From Octopus vulgaris (Eukaryota): a stretch of DNA of 64,000 nucleotides. The stretch spans positions 8,680,001 through 8,744,000 of the forward strand of contig OX597835.1 in NCBI GenBank assembly GCA_951406725.2. Direction: 5' to 3'. The notes under the pieces are model-generated. The model had not been told where the DNA came from, made no database searches, and worked only from the letters and a program-made list of their open reading frames with translations. Of this stretch, positions 11,190 to 26,759 are shown in pieces. Each line of letters starts with the position of its first letter. Position 1 is the first letter of the stretch. Made by a program: the position numbers and the translations under genes.

Positions 11190-14098
11190 ATCTACAGGCT
11201 AACAATTTTATATACCTGTCTCCCATGATGGAATACCGTTCTGGTTCGGCTCACATTTCATCTATAACTATTATGGTCTGATATAAACACTGCTCCGGGA
11301 CACCATTAATCCCCTTGAAAACATTAGTTTTCTCTACACCTCTGCCATAAAAAATATCAGCTGCTTATTTTATATTCTTTCTTTGGATTATATTACGATG
11401 AATAAAATATCGCCTTTTAACTCTTATCTCTTTACTTTAATCCAAATTTTTTATTCTTCCATACATTTTATCGTTTAGGGAGTGTTGCTCGAATCAAAAC
11501 CATGCTTTCTCTTCTTTCAAAGGGTTTCCTATCTTCCAGGATATTTTTAAAGGAATTTTTCACAATGTCAGCTGCTGGCCAATTAATCTAAAATTCAAAC
11601 TAAGAGTTTATGTTTAATAACCTCTCAAGAAAATAAGATTTTTAAAGATAGAAGTAATTAAAGAAATTTGAATAAAATAACACTTGTAGGATTGCGTCTT
11701 GAAGTGATATGCGAAAGCTTACAAAGATTTCGCTACAAATGCCTTAATCGCATAATGAAACATCATTTCTTCTTCACATTTAGAAAGAAAAATCAATAAC
11801 GTTCACCTATGAAAAGCAGCAGTTGGATTTTCCTGCTGTGTTATTAATAATTCTCTGCATGTTATCAAACATGTAAAAGTCTATTGAGTCACACGCCTGA
11901 CGTCAAATTAAATAACAAAATAATTTGAGCTTCCGCATTATCAAAAAACATCCTTGTCACAGTTAATTGAAATCACAGTTTTATAGATGTATTCTGATTT
12001 AATCATTAATGCTGGACATCTTTGATAATTTATCTTCGAATGCAATTTTGAATTAGAATTGCATTCCATCTCATTGACTAAGTGAAATATATTCACTGCT
12101 GTTGCTATGTTAATTTTTAGGACGATAAATTGCCATCTTTCTATTATTTGTGTATGTTTTTTTGTTATTGTAAAGTGTTTTTTTCGTGTCTTCATTTAAT
12201 CCCAATTGAGTATGAATAATGAGAGCAGATATCGTAAATAAATTATATTATATTCATATTTCATTCTGTTTTACAAATCCCGTGATTTCATGAATATTAT
12301 TTGACAATAAAAAAAATCTCAGCTCTGATTTTGTTGAGAATATCTTAATATATCTTGCTGAAAAGAATCTCTTGCGTATTTGTTCTGGTATAGCTACGAC
12401 TACATTACACACAATGTAATATTTTGCTGTGTTAAATAGGTCGAGAAGAAACTGAAAGTTGATGTCGGTCTTCTCACATGAAATTGTGAATGTTTAATAT
12501 GCAAATCTTCGCTGTTTCAAAACGGAACACTATGGCTCATTTGAATATTTCGTTAGCTTTGCATAAACATCATATTTGTGGTAGTTATTCTTAATTTCCC
12601 AATAAGGGATTTCCAACAGTTATACTGGACACATTTCCATTTTACAAATCACGTGCACAGAGAGAAATTGTATTTGTGCATTCTCTAACTTTATGGCATT
12701 TAAATATACTTCCAGTTGAACATCTATCCCCAAATTATACCTATGTATTGGAATATCACAAAAATAACTACCATGTAGTTTTTCTAAACATTTTCTTTTC
12801 TAGTCACAGTTTCAATACCCGTCACTATTAAACAAATGTTTCTGGTCCAAAGTGTTACTTCTTTTCAGAGGAGAATTGCTGTAGATATAGCTTTATAAAC
12901 ATTGTGTTCATTGTACCGCTCATTCTGTCATTCCTTTGTTCCTTCCGTCTTTCATTTAATTATAACTTGGTTTTACTTCTAGGATAATGGATCTTGTATA
13001 TATTTAATCACAACTGCAGTTTAATTCAGGTTTGGTATGATTAGACAAATCTATTCATCTCGGGCAAATAACGAACGACACCAGGAAAATAAAACAATTC
13101 AGCAAAAATAGATGAAAGGGGTACAGAGATATTGAGATTTATATCTTAGGGATAAATTTACGATAATCGTTAATAAATATTATAGAAGTTTCCAGAACTA
13201 ATCACTTTGTCACAAAATGATCGTATATATAATTTTCAGGTACCTCCGACCCATTGGTAATGAATATTTACTTATAGTTACCAATATCACAGAACTGATA
13301 TATATATCTGATATATACAAGCAAATAGTACCTTCCATTAAAAGTAATCTCATCAAAGACAAAATTTATTTTCTTAGCTTCGTCTCTGAAAGTTAGCCTT
13401 GCACGATGTAACCATGTATAAGTTAGACAATATAAATACTGGATGTGGAAGGAGGTAACTACATTTGAATATTTCTACACATGGAATTACTTTTATTCCT
13501 CACGACTATGGAAGTTCTAAGGTTTTTGTGTAACTGTAAATGGCTATGATATCTTTATCGAAGAATATTTCAGAAGGAGCATTGTACAGTAAGTGCTTGT
13601 GTATAGTATACATAACGTGTGCTCATATATTTAATAACGTCGTGTTAAAACTAAACTTGTTTGGACTTAATCATCTTCAGATGTAGATCTATACCAATAT
13701 GAATGGCTAATAAACCCTCACCATACGAACACAGATTGTTAGAGAGACATAGAAAAACACTCATAAAAGCCCATTACAATATTCAATTTAAAAATTGACA
13801 TTAAGATTAATATAATTGTTAGCAAAAGTCTAGCCATAAATTTCATTGAAATTCTGGTAATTGCCAGCAATAAAGTAAACAAAGAAGAAAATTCCATTTT
13901 GTGACTATAGATTCTTGCAATTCTCTATAATGATGAAAATTATTCAGTCAATAACTTTCGCAGTCGGACATTAAATATATCGATAGACTGAGAACAATTT
14001 AAATTTGGAGCAGATCAGAAAGAGGATACTTTAAGAGAATAGCGGATTTGAAGAAAATAATAAAAGTATCAAGTATCTAACAATAATGAAGGGAAAGA

Positions 14099-14266
14099 GG
14101 GCGGCGTGCTGGCAGAATCGTTAGGACGCCGGACGAAATAATTTGCGGTATTTCGTCTGCCGTTACGTTGTGAGTTCAAATTCTACCGAGGTCGACTTTG
14201 CCTATCATCTTTTCTGGGTCGATTAAATATGTAACAGTTATGCACTGAGACCGATGTAATGTGATT
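14099..14266 (+). mobile_element. SINE family C copy
   Basis: GGCGGCGTGCTGGCAGAATCGTTAG...GAGTTCAAATTCTACCGAGGTCGACTTTGCC. Confidence 0.85.
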
Positions 14267-15332
14267 TCAACGCATATTATTACCAAAAGGCCAGAATAGG
14301 AAAATTATTGAATTGAACACAAGGTGGATGTGATAGTGTCTAGAAGAACCGTGATAAATGTGTGGAAGAGAGTAGGTGAAAAAACGAGAGATGGTGAGAA
14401 AATGTGATAGAACCGAGAGACAGAAAAGGAGTGGACAATTTTGGATCTCAAACAATACGTATATTCCCTTAGGATCTACCTGAACGTATATACTCGTTTG
14501 TCACTAATTCTTGGTATGCTTGCTCTTTGTTTAGAAAATTGCACATCGAGTATTATAATTATATAATCCTATCAATATATGAGAACTTGTCATATTTCGC
14601 TACTGAAATTTACAGTTAACCATTTAACAACCACAATAATTCTAATACAATGTTGTTTTATTGAACTTTTATGTGCAAAGTGTACATTATTAATATTATT
14701 TAGTTCGCAAATCTAACGTGAATATTTCTATAATAAACAGGTTTCTATATAGATTTTTATTAGCATTTCCTTTTCAAAACTGTACTTAACTGAAGAAATT
14801 CAGTAATTGTATTATCAAATATCTCTATATCTCTGCGTTATGTATATCCATAAAAGATGATATTGTCTCCGTTATAAATCACTTTGCACTCTTTCTCATT
14901 TTCTCTCTCTTTGACTCACTCTTACTCAATTGCTTACCATTCTTTTTTCCCTCTCACTCTTTATCTGCCGTTTACTATTTCAACTTGCTTATTGATTAAA
15001 AGACTTGATTAACTGAGGAAGTCAGTTCTAGCAGTGGGTATTCTCTGTTCTTCTAAATGGAAATCGATATTATCAATATTTTTTTATTTACTATTTTAAT
15101 TAATGGTGTGAAATGAGAAAAGGACATAATCTTTATGCATTTCTATGACAAATTTTAGTTTCGTTCAATTCTTTATTTCTTTCATTAATCTGGAACTGAT
15201 ATGGTGAAAGAAAGAATTTAACCCTTCGTTCGTCACGAAGATAACCGTCCAGCTTCTCTCTTACCCACCCGGTCAATATATTAAAAATTATATTCAAATT
15301 TTGAAAGTGTGTGTATTTTTCTTTTTTAATTT

Positions 15333-15378
<46 letters not shown>

Positions 15379-15528
15379 AGGTACTATATATATGTATATA
15401 TATATATATATATTATATATATTATATATATATATATATATATACACATACAAACATACAGGCATATTTATACATACATATATCTACATACAAACATACA
15501 TATATATATATATATACTTATATACATA

Positions 15529-15604
<76 letters not shown>

Positions 15605-15618
15605 AATACATACATATA

Positions 15619-16486
15619 CAGGGCGTGTGAACATAGTTTGGTCTAAATAGTGCAAAAATAAAAATAACACTGACATCTCAGTTTAACAAATATATTAATC
15701 AAAATTACATTAAAGTATCTTGAAATACTAAAGAGAAAATGTATTCAATACCATCGCCCATTGACTTCAACCACGGCCTCCATATGATTTCTGAATCTCC
15801 TGCAGCACTTCTGGACGGTCTGTTTCTTTAAGTTGGTGAATGCTACCTTAATCCTTGCCCTCATTTGATCTTTAGTGTTATTTGGAGTTTCGGGGTCTCT
15901 TGTTGAACTGCGCCTCACACATAATAAGGAAGAGGGTTGCAGTGTTGGGAGTTAGTTGGCCAGACGTTAGGGGTGATGTGGTCGCAGAAATTGTCTGGTA
16001 GCCATGAATGGGTTCTCCGGTTTGTGTGACATGATGCAGAGTTCTGTTCCCAGACATAGGCTCTCCCAGCAGCCACCCTCTCGACCCAGGTCAGCACTAC
16101 AACTTCCAATCCCTTGATGTAGGCCTTCAAATTGAGTTTGAGGCTGTGTGGGAGCATGAATGGAGGCATAACTTCGCCATCGTTAGTGGTCACTCCCAAA
16201 ACCGTGATGCTGACTGGATATTTGATATTTATCACTCTCGGTACATGTTCTCACCTTGCGCTGTACTCAGATTGAAACCCAAACGCTCTGAAATGTTCGT
16301 ATTGGAGCTTCCGACGCGAATGCCAAGCAGTACAACCTCTCCTTTTCTAATTTCTGGCAGAGTGAAGTGCGTCAGGGTGCCCAACTGACTCTACTATACT
16401 ATGTAGTCGATAAAATCAAAAACAAACATTGTGTTTGCACGAAATAAAAAAATATAAAATGGTAACAATTTACCCATCATGTCCTG
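15619..16486 (-). mobile_element. Internally deleted maT-type (DD37D) transposon, second copy
   Basis: TA-flanked CAGG...CCTG ends; ORF 15915-16235 with QNSASCH...WPTNSQHCNPLPYYV; homologous to 6790-7639. Confidence 0.8.
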
Positions 16487-16567
16487 TAAATACATATGCG
16501 TGTTTGTGTGAGTTTATGTGTGTGTATGCATATACATAGTTATATACCTTGTCTTGTATCTGTGTAC

Positions 16568-16600
<33 letters not shown>

Positions 16601-16602
<2 letters not shown>

Positions 16603-16804
16603 GGAGTAAACACATAAATGTGAAACAAGGTGGAAAAAAGAGAGTACTCAAATACCAGTGGTAGAGTAATATACTTTATTTAAAACAGCGGGAAATTCAA
16701 CAAAACCTGTTACTCTGAGTTTCACGTTCCCGTCCCCGAACGGGAACGTGAAACTCAGAGTAACAGGTTTTGTTGAATTTTCTGCTGCTTTCAATAAAGT
16801 ATAT
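16601..16804. mobile_element. (TA)n-embedded fold-back element (arms ~16669-16733 / 16740-16804) with partial hammerhead at the apex; PLE-like
   Basis: Inverted arms; ACG-GGAA-CGT GAA ACTC-A-GAGT A ACAG = hammerhead stem II/III half; same family as 19061-19206. Confidence 0.75.
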
Positions 16805-17638
16805 ATATGTATATATATATATATATATATATACACATTCATACATTTCTGCGTCTATGTGTGTATGTATGTACATACACGCATAGAAGCAGAAGTGTCA
16901 ACTCCATTTGAAAACTCGTATATCACATACTTACTTTGCAAACGTAGCAATGAGGAAGCGGTTTCTTTTCTATCAAAATCAATTAAAGAGTTAATAATAT
17001 ATTTATTTAAATAACCAATTAGTTCGTTTCTTAATTGATTTGCCTTTCAGCTTTCTATCATTTTAATGATATAGCTTATCAGCAACGTAACACATATTCA
17101 TTAGTAGCGTGCATTCAATCCATATTCCGTGTTAATTTCTCGAACTAAAATGTAAATGATTGCATGTTTTAATATTTGTGAGGTGTGAATTCTACATATC
17201 TCTTTTTTGTTTTAATTGGTGTCTTAGTTCTTTATGTTTTGCAGAAAGCAGAAACTATCTATGCATGTCCATGTGTGTGTGACAGTGCATTTGTGCACGT
17301 TTACCTGTTTCTTATTATTTTTAGACTTGTGTCACTAGACGCGATGTTGCTGTTATTGTTAACATTGGAGTGGCTATTGCTATTGATATTAGTTCTCTGT
17401 GCTGTGAATTCGTTCCCGGGTGTCACTTTTCTGCTTGTGTGTAACATTCATTCTTGTAAAACATTTTGCAGCACCTGCCTTGATAAATGCTTCATTCAGT
17501 TAGTTGAGCTATCTTTTTTGATTTCTGTGCGTGTGCATGTATATTCATATAGGGATATGGACATATACATGAACACAAACACACATTCTCATATGTATGT
17601 ATATGCATATATGTATGTATATATTAGAAGAAATGAGG

Positions 17639-17707
<69 letters not shown>

Positions 17708-18127
17708 TAAATAAATGATACAACGAAGTACCGATACTTACTGGAAAATAGCGATCGTAATAAATACGACGCTATTGTATAGCTTCACTGCGTAAATACA
17801 AGCAAAGACGTATGTGTGCAACAAACATGAAAAAAATTTGTCTTACCTCTAGGAAGAACATCTGAAAAATGAAAAACCTAGAAACGGATAATGCAGGACT
17901 CTTCAAATACGTTTGACAACGTAGATTTGATTTGTCTTCATCAGCTGCATATACCTAGACAAAATTTCAAATGTTGCCACATCTATGCCAGTACACTTAT
18001 CTGAACGCCAAAACGTTAACAGAACGAGAACAGTGAAGAAGTTTCAATGAAAATAATAATGCAACACGGGCTTTCCAGTAAAACATAGCCCGTAAGGGTT
18101 AACTTATACATATAAAAGAATATATAT

Positions 18128-18369
18128 TGATAAAAAGGGTAAGATAACAAAAGAATGAGTGAGACCTCGATATTATGTAAAATAGAGGAATTTATCTGTA
18201 AATGTAATATGTGACAATTATTCGGTAGCCATGATGAAACTTCGAGTTTCGGATGCCGAGGTGGAAATCCACGCCGCCATCTCTCCAGTTATCCGGCCAT
18301 CAGAAAAATGGTATGAGATAAAACTCGGAGTTTTATCATGGCTACCGAATAACTGTCACATATCACATT

Positions 18370-18373
<4 letters not shown>
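18128..18373 (-). mobile_element. Fold-back PLE-like element with variant hammerhead
   Basis: Arms 18197-18249 / 18321-18373; minus strand GATAA CTGGAGA [GATG..CATC stem] GAAACTCG; followed by (TA)n. Confidence 0.65.
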
Positions 18374-18461
<88 letters not shown>

Positions 18462-18466
<5 letters not shown>

Positions 18467-18981
18467 TAAAGAGGGCAACAAATATTAAGGCAAGACAAAC
18501 ATCTCAAATGATATACGTTATTATTAATGAACAAATTCAGTCTTACAGCTGTTTCTGGGATATCATATCATATGGGATATTCCGTAATCGGATACAAATT
18601 GGGGGAAATGAGAAGGGTGTATATTAATGAAGCGAAGACAGAGATGAAATGAGAAAGGGAATAAGGAGATGAAGAAAAGGAAGAAAGAGAAGACGAAAGA
18701 AGCATAAAATTTCACAGTTCAACTTTCCGAACGTGTAGTCCATATATCCCTATGTACAATCCTGTGTAAATCCATGTAAGACAAAGTCATAATAGTGTAA
18801 ACATCCAGAAATAAACATGGACGTATCGACGTTCCACAAGAGAATGGTAGCGGAAGATGTAAGAGTTATAATTAAATATTAGGGGATTATATGATCTAAG
18901 GTTTAAAAGTAAACTAAAGAATTAACATTTATCTTATAAATCGGTATGGTAGGGTTGATACAAGAGATACACAAGAGTATG

Positions 18982-18985
<4 letters not shown>
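18462..18985 (-). mobile_element. PLE-like 3' fragment between (TA)n tracts with decayed hammerhead (18539-18597)
   Basis: Minus strand GTAT CCGATTA CGGAATATC..GATATCCCA GAA ACAGCTGT A AGAC. Confidence 0.5.
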
Positions 18986-19059
<74 letters not shown>

Positions 19060-19095
19060 TACTTTATTTTAAAAACAACAGAACTATAATAAAAG

Positions 19096-19133
19096 CTGTT
19101 ACTCAGAGTTTCACGTTCCCGTTCGTCGAACAG
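19096..19133 (-). ncRNA. Minimal type I hammerhead-like motif (variant core) in element 19061-19206
   Basis: CTGT TCGACGA ACG-GGAA-CGT GAA ACTC-T-GAGT A ACAG: stems I, II and III all pair. Confidence 0.65.
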
Positions 19134-19203
19134 TTTTGTTAACAGAACTTTTATTATATTATATTTTTGGCTGCTTTTAAATAAAGCCTATTACTCTACC
19201 TCT

Positions 19204-19274
<71 letters not shown>

Positions 19275-19887
19275 TACATATATGTATATATGTATGTATG
19301 TATATGCATATCTATATCTATCTATCTATCTATATATATATATGTGTGTGTGTGTGTATGTGTGTATGTGTGTGTGCCCTGTCTTAATAATCTTAGGGAC
19401 TTACCCACCACTTTTTCCTTCTGTTACATTTCGAAATATCGTTTCACTTAACGCATTATTAAATCCATAAGCCAAAACACATCAGAGCGTCGGTAAACAC
19501 CACAACCTGAAAATTATAATCGTACCATTAATCTGCATTGCGTATTTACTTAGCCATGTATTACAATTTGTTCTATAACATTCTCTAATATGCAGCACAA
19601 CTGCATCTGTTTACAAAACTTTGCTTTGAACCTCTGTACACTTCGATGTGAAGCTGCTGCTTTGATCCGGATAATTTCATGCAATAGACGTTCTCTTGAG
19701 TATCATGGCGCAGATCAGAGAACTGAAAAAGATACGTATATATGTCTGGAATGTGCTCGTTTGTGTGTGCGCGTGTGTGTGTATGTGTGTGCGTTGATGT
19801 ATGTATATTCATCCATCTATTTATCTCAAATCTATCAATCTATCTATCTGTATGTATATATATATGTATGTATATATATGTATATAT

Positions 19888-19922
<35 letters not shown>

Positions 19923-19957
19923 CGTACATATATATACATACATATATACATACATAC

Positions 19958-20046
<89 letters not shown>

Positions 20047-21174
20047 ATATATTAAAAGATGAATACTTAAGCGTATACATTTCTGTAAAAGACCTTTCAA
20101 ATGCATATGAGTGTTTAATATTTGCATCATGTTTGAAGTTTCTCAGAAATCTTTTACAAAATTCCAATTATGTGCACAACACCAATTTATTTGTCTATTT
20201 TGATTTTTCCACAATTTCCGTTAATGGAATAATTTTCATATATTTTTCACAAATATTCATGGCTATTTTATTCTTGTTTCTTACCTTCAATAATTACTTT
20301 TCCATCTGTCATAAAATCTCAATCTCAATTTACTTGACTGAATATGAATTTTTAACAGATTTTTATAAAGTATTTCGTATTTAGTTGTGTAGGATTAAAT
20401 AGATTTGAAATTTATATACTTTAATCTATATCATCCACTTTGTAAACAATAGTTTCTTTGGTTATAGGGTTTCCAATGAGTCAATCCTTGATATTAAATT
20501 TGGTTATTACGAAAACAGTAGGGTTATATAACTACAGAAAGTGTTGTGCCGACACGCAGCTTCATATGAATACATTATACACATAGATTATAAATATAGG
20601 AATATTGGCTACCCACAAACGGAACCTATATGGAATGCACAGATGGTGTGAAAATATGTTTTGTTTGCGTGAAAATATTCAAGAAGGAGATCGTGTTGGA
20701 AAATATCACAATGTTCATTGTGATTGCCAATATTTCTGGAGATTACTGGATGTATGGCTGCACCAGTATCGGGCTTCACCTTTATCGCGATTATGTTTTA
20801 GTTCCCTGTGGCATTCTTCAATAAAATTGCTTTCCTTTCAAACTACTGTGTTCTTTTACCCAGAACTCTTACAGCTAACCGGAAACAAGCCTTTGTCCTG
20901 TTATTCTCTCAAGGCGTATTCTCTCTATACGCTCTATTACTAGAAGTCCGGTGAACACACGCTGCGGTCATCATACCACTTGACAGATATTGTCCATGCA
21001 CGGATGAGTTCCGACGATTTTGCAGTGCAGCGTATCGCCGAGATAGTTTGTATTACAGTTCGCTCAAGTCCGAATAGGGTACATTTAACCTGCATCATTC
21101 TAACAGTTAAACGATATGATGATATCGCCCTCACATACACATGTACTTCGCCAAGCATATCTATCTATCTATCC

Positions 21175-21284
<110 letters not shown>

Positions 21285-21373
21285 TTATCTATCTACCTAT
21301 CTAGTCTACCTATCTAATCAACCTATCTATCTACCTACCTACCTACCTACCTACCTATCTATCTATATCTCTA

Positions 21374-21464
<91 letters not shown>

Positions 21465-21563
21465 AATTCTGTTATAATCAATTTACTTATATTACCCTAG
21501 ATAATAATAAAGTTAATAATATCTTCGCAAATATTCACACCTGAATTATTTACACATTACTGG

Positions 21564-21641
<78 letters not shown>

Positions 21642-21931
21642 TTCATTACCTTTTGACGTACAGATTTAAAAAATAATTTTTTGTAACTAAACACTTTCAA
21701 ACTTCCGACAGAATGTGTTATATAAAACATGTTTACTCTTAGTATTTTTGAGAAAAACTTACATATATATTTGCAAATACTTCAAGAGCACAGAAAGTGT
21801 GTCTAAAGCCAACTGGAGACGATGATCTCCTGGGGCTAAAAAGCTACAGTAACACCCCCCACTTTGTGGTTAGCCATATTGAGATGGCTTTTACTGTTAC
21901 TGTTTACATCTCGCTCGGATATTTAGTAATG

Positions 21932-21986
<55 letters not shown>

Positions 21987-22598
21987 TCTAAGTAGTAACT
22001 AACACGACCCTCAAGGATGTAAAAGCTATTTGAATTATGATGGCAGTGACTTCAATATGATCCAAAATGTATCGAGTGAAAATATTTACCACATCTCGAT
22101 CTCCACGTAACCCTTAAAATGATAAATGTACATCTTCATATATATTTTCTTGTACCATTTTCGACTTTTGAAGCACTCTGCTCATTTATCTATCATTCCT
22201 CCCCTTTTTCTTCTCCCCTTTTCCTTCATCCAGCTTCTCAACCTTACACATGTGGACACTTGCCTTAAAATAATTTTCTGCTTTATTTTGAGAAATATCA
22301 ACCATCATATCTCTGGGCGCAGAGAGTATTCCATTTAGTCATGCGTTGTGGAGTCCTGACCCTGTGCATAAATGCACATAAATGTGTGTAGATGCGACCT
22401 AATACAGACTGCCAGAGTTTTATTGCCTGCTTCTATCGAGGATGAAGTTTGAGTGTAAGCACAATATATTTCAATTGAGATTTACGAGTGTTTGTAGCAG
22501 AATAAGTAATGGAGTAGATGTGAATGCTTATTCAGTTCACTGTCGTGAGCAAGGAGGGCCGCAGTCGAATTACTGTAAGAATTATATATGGATGTGTG

Positions 22599-22948
<350 letters not shown>

Positions 22949-23038
22949 GTTTGCATATACAAAATATATATACTTTTGTATATATATATATATATATATA
23001 TATTACTGTTTCAATCTCATTCTGAGATTTAATTATGC

Positions 23039-23070
<32 letters not shown>

Positions 23071-23994
23071 TGTATATACGTTTGCATATACAAAATATAT
23101 ATACTTATATATATATTTATATATATATATGTACATATATATATATATATATATATGAATGTGTGTGTGCTTCTGTGATGTGTGTGTGTGTGTGTGAGTG
23201 AGTTACTTATACATACATATTACGAATGTATTATGTGTATACATATCGACATATGTGTACATATTTGTATGTGTTTTACATAATTAATACGTATTCAAGT
23301 AGATACCTATGTATATGCATTGTCCGTTGTACGTACATATCAAGAGAATATGTGGTTCTAATGGTTGTCAAATTTTTGCAGATCATTTACGGAATACTAA
23401 AGAAGTGTAGAACAGTATTAATTTGTGCATTTTCCTATTTTCACTATTTTCTTTAAAGCAATGGTTTTTATACAATATTTATAATATTGTCGCAACTCTT
23501 TTATTCTTCTTTCTTCCTTTTTATAATTAGTTTTCCGTCAATCATTGAATTTCTATCTCAATTCATTTGCCTGAAGATAAATTCCTGACAGACGCTCATA
23601 AAATATTCACAAGTTATATTGAATCGAATTAAATAGCTTTTAAATTGATTTGTTTCAATTCATATCATACATTCTGTGCATAATAGGGTTGCTGGGGATC
23701 GCATCCATAAGAACCACGGGCGGGTTCAATGCAACAAGTAGGACGGTTGGGGCAACGATTTGCTTGGGCAAAAGGAAGATTGGTCTAAGTATATATGGGT
23801 TCATGTTCCTGCCCAGCTGTGCTTTGTTATATACATACATACGTATAAACATTTTGCATTATACAACTGAAACTCTTCTACAGTTCATCTTTATCTCTAA
23901 CTCAGACATACGAACAATCAAGCGTGGACCCTAATACAAAAAATCTCGCCTCTCTTGGTATTTGAATGTTACTCATTACCTGAGTAACATTACT

Positions 23995-24195
23995 CTCCTA
24001 CTACTTCTGCTCGTGATCAGAGATGCACATATCATCAGCCATGATGACATGCTCAACTGGTTAAGCTCAAACAAGAGACAAGCAAATCTGTGGAATATTT
24101 GCTGTAGCCCATCTTTTATACCATGAAAAAACAATGTACATGTAAACACTTCCAATCACTTAAGCCATGAGAGTCACTGCCTGGTACTGCATCAA
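23995..24195 (+). mobile_element. Truncated copy of (TAA)n-associated element family D
   Basis: CTACTTCTGCTCGTGATCAGAGATGCACATATC...GCCTGGTACTGC matches 52400-52612; followed by (ATT)n. Confidence 0.85.
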
Positions 24196-24199
24196 GATA

Positions 24200-24680
<481 letters not shown>

Positions 24681-25582
24681 AAATTGAAAGTAATTCAATC
24701 GTAGATGCTGGATAATATTTGCAAGATGCGCCTCAGAAATCGATATCAAATCCATAATCATCAAAATCTTTTATGTAACCTGTCTCTCATATTCTCTATG
24801 GTAAATGACATCAGGCGCTTTAAAATATCTTCTGTGACAAGCAAATGGTTTCACTTCCCTATCTTCTAACGTTTGTTTTACCTCTTGCTTTGTTTTTTTT
24901 TTTGTTTTATTTGTATATTTGTCTTGTTTGTTTGAATAGTGTCGGCAGTGATGGATCGAAATTTTTGCGTTTTAAGACATTTTTCTGACGTTGAATTATC
25001 AGAATTTCTTTTTTATTTAAACATACTTTATAGATTTCGTTTCTCCTCGCTTTTTGAACTACTTCAATCAAGTCCTTCTTTCTACGATTGTTTATTTTAG
25101 TTGAAACAAAAAGCAAGAAAAACTATGATATGACAGTTTCTTTCCTATTTGATTCCTCACACCATCGATTTCAAATCTATAGAAGCTTCAAGTTTGTCGT
25201 TAAATTTCCTGTAAAACAGCAGAAGAAAAGAGCCATAGTTTGATTTATTAAAAAGTGACAGAAGAGATATTCTGGCAGTCACTAGATCGTTGTCAAAATA
25301 TTAAATACTTTTCTGTCATCGCAAATATCAAACACAATGGATTCTACTTAACTGTTTATTTTAACGGACAGCTGGGTGACGGTGATGGCTAGGTCTATAC
25401 GTATTCACTCCAAAGTTTTCTCTCTAGACTTGTGAGACTGATGAATCCAATATCCAGATTAAACAGGGCCAACATATGTGGGAACAAGTGCATGAAAGAT
25501 CCTCTACCTGGTTGCTCCATCAGCTAGATATAGTAAAGAATGGTAGGCATTTACGTACACACACACACTCACATACATATAC

Positions 25583-25648
<66 letters not shown>

Positions 25649-25679
25649 TCTTTTACTCGAAGATTAAAATATTTATATA

Positions 25680-26085
25680 TTTTACTCTTTTACTTGTTTC
25701 AGTCATTTGACTGCGGCCATGCTGGAGCACCGCCTTTAGTCGAGCAAATCGACCCCGGGACTTATTCTTTGTAAGCCCAGTACTTATTCTATCGGTCTCT
25801 TTTGCCGAACCGCTAAGTGACGGAGACGTAAACACACCAGCATCGGTTGTCAAGCAATGCTAGGGGGACAAACGCAGACACAAACATATACACACACACT
25901 TATATATATATATATACATATATACGACAGGCTTCTTTCAGTTTCCGTCTACCAAATCCACTCACAAGGCATTGGTCAGCCCAGGGCTATAGCAGAAGAC
26001 ACTTGCCCAAGATGCCAGGCAGTGGGACTGAATCCGGAACCATGTGGTTGGTTAGCAAGCTACTTACCACACAGCCACTCCTGCG

Positions 26086-26087
<2 letters not shown>
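25680..26087 (-). mobile_element. SINE family A, full length
   Basis: Reverse complement of 4879-5297 with GGCGCAGGAGTGGCTG head. Confidence 0.9.
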
Positions 26088-26156
<69 letters not shown>

Positions 26157-26271
26157 ATGTTTGTGTGTGAGTTTTGTGTCTGTGTTTTTCCTCCCAACAT
26201 CACTTGACAACCGAATCTAGGTTAGAAGGTGACTTCTTTCTCTGTTGCCGAGAAATCAAGAAATAAAACTG

Positions 26272-26307
<36 letters not shown>

Positions 26308-26759
26308 TAATTACCTTTCTTTTTTAGTTTTTATTTCTTGTCCGGTATTCTCTTTTCTCTTTCCTTCATCTCCATCACCACCAGAAAACTACAGATCGAT
26401 GTTCAATCCCCAACAGTTCCCAGTCTTAATCTCCTCGAAAGTCCTCTGCACCTCCAGGTAAACCCCATAGCTGTAGATCTGACTCAACCAAAATAGAATA
26501 TATCATTAATCTCAACTAAAGCACTGAATAGTCTTGTTTTTTCTCTTAGTTCACACAAATGGGAGACAATCTTCTAAGTATTGAAGTCGAGTTCAATTTG
26601 GTACATGCAGTTCAAACATCAGCATTTCTGATCTACAAATGCATCTTTGAAGATGACAATTTCGTTATTGATTTAATGATGTTAATTAAAATAGATTTTG
26701 TTTGTTTTTTTTTTTGCTATTGTTACCGGCATTGCTGTGTTCAATGACGATGCTCCTCT

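Noticed and set aside
11250-11300. TIIVIDEM as a Walker B motif
   Set aside because: Different frame from, and too far downstream of, the putative pre-Walker A segment, and followed by a stop; not counted as evidence
17895-17952. Minus-strand CTGATGA-AGACAA..TTGTC-AAACGTA hammerhead-like motif
   Set aside because: G of GAAA missing and stem I does not pair; at best a decayed remnant
20560-20800. Possible Merlin/IS1595-like transposase C-terminal remnant
   Set aside because: Only faint, frameshifted similarity; no TIR or TSD seen
21810-21852. ACTG GAGACGA..TAAAAAGCT A CAGT hammerhead-like motif before (TA)n
   Set aside because: Too many core mismatches to support
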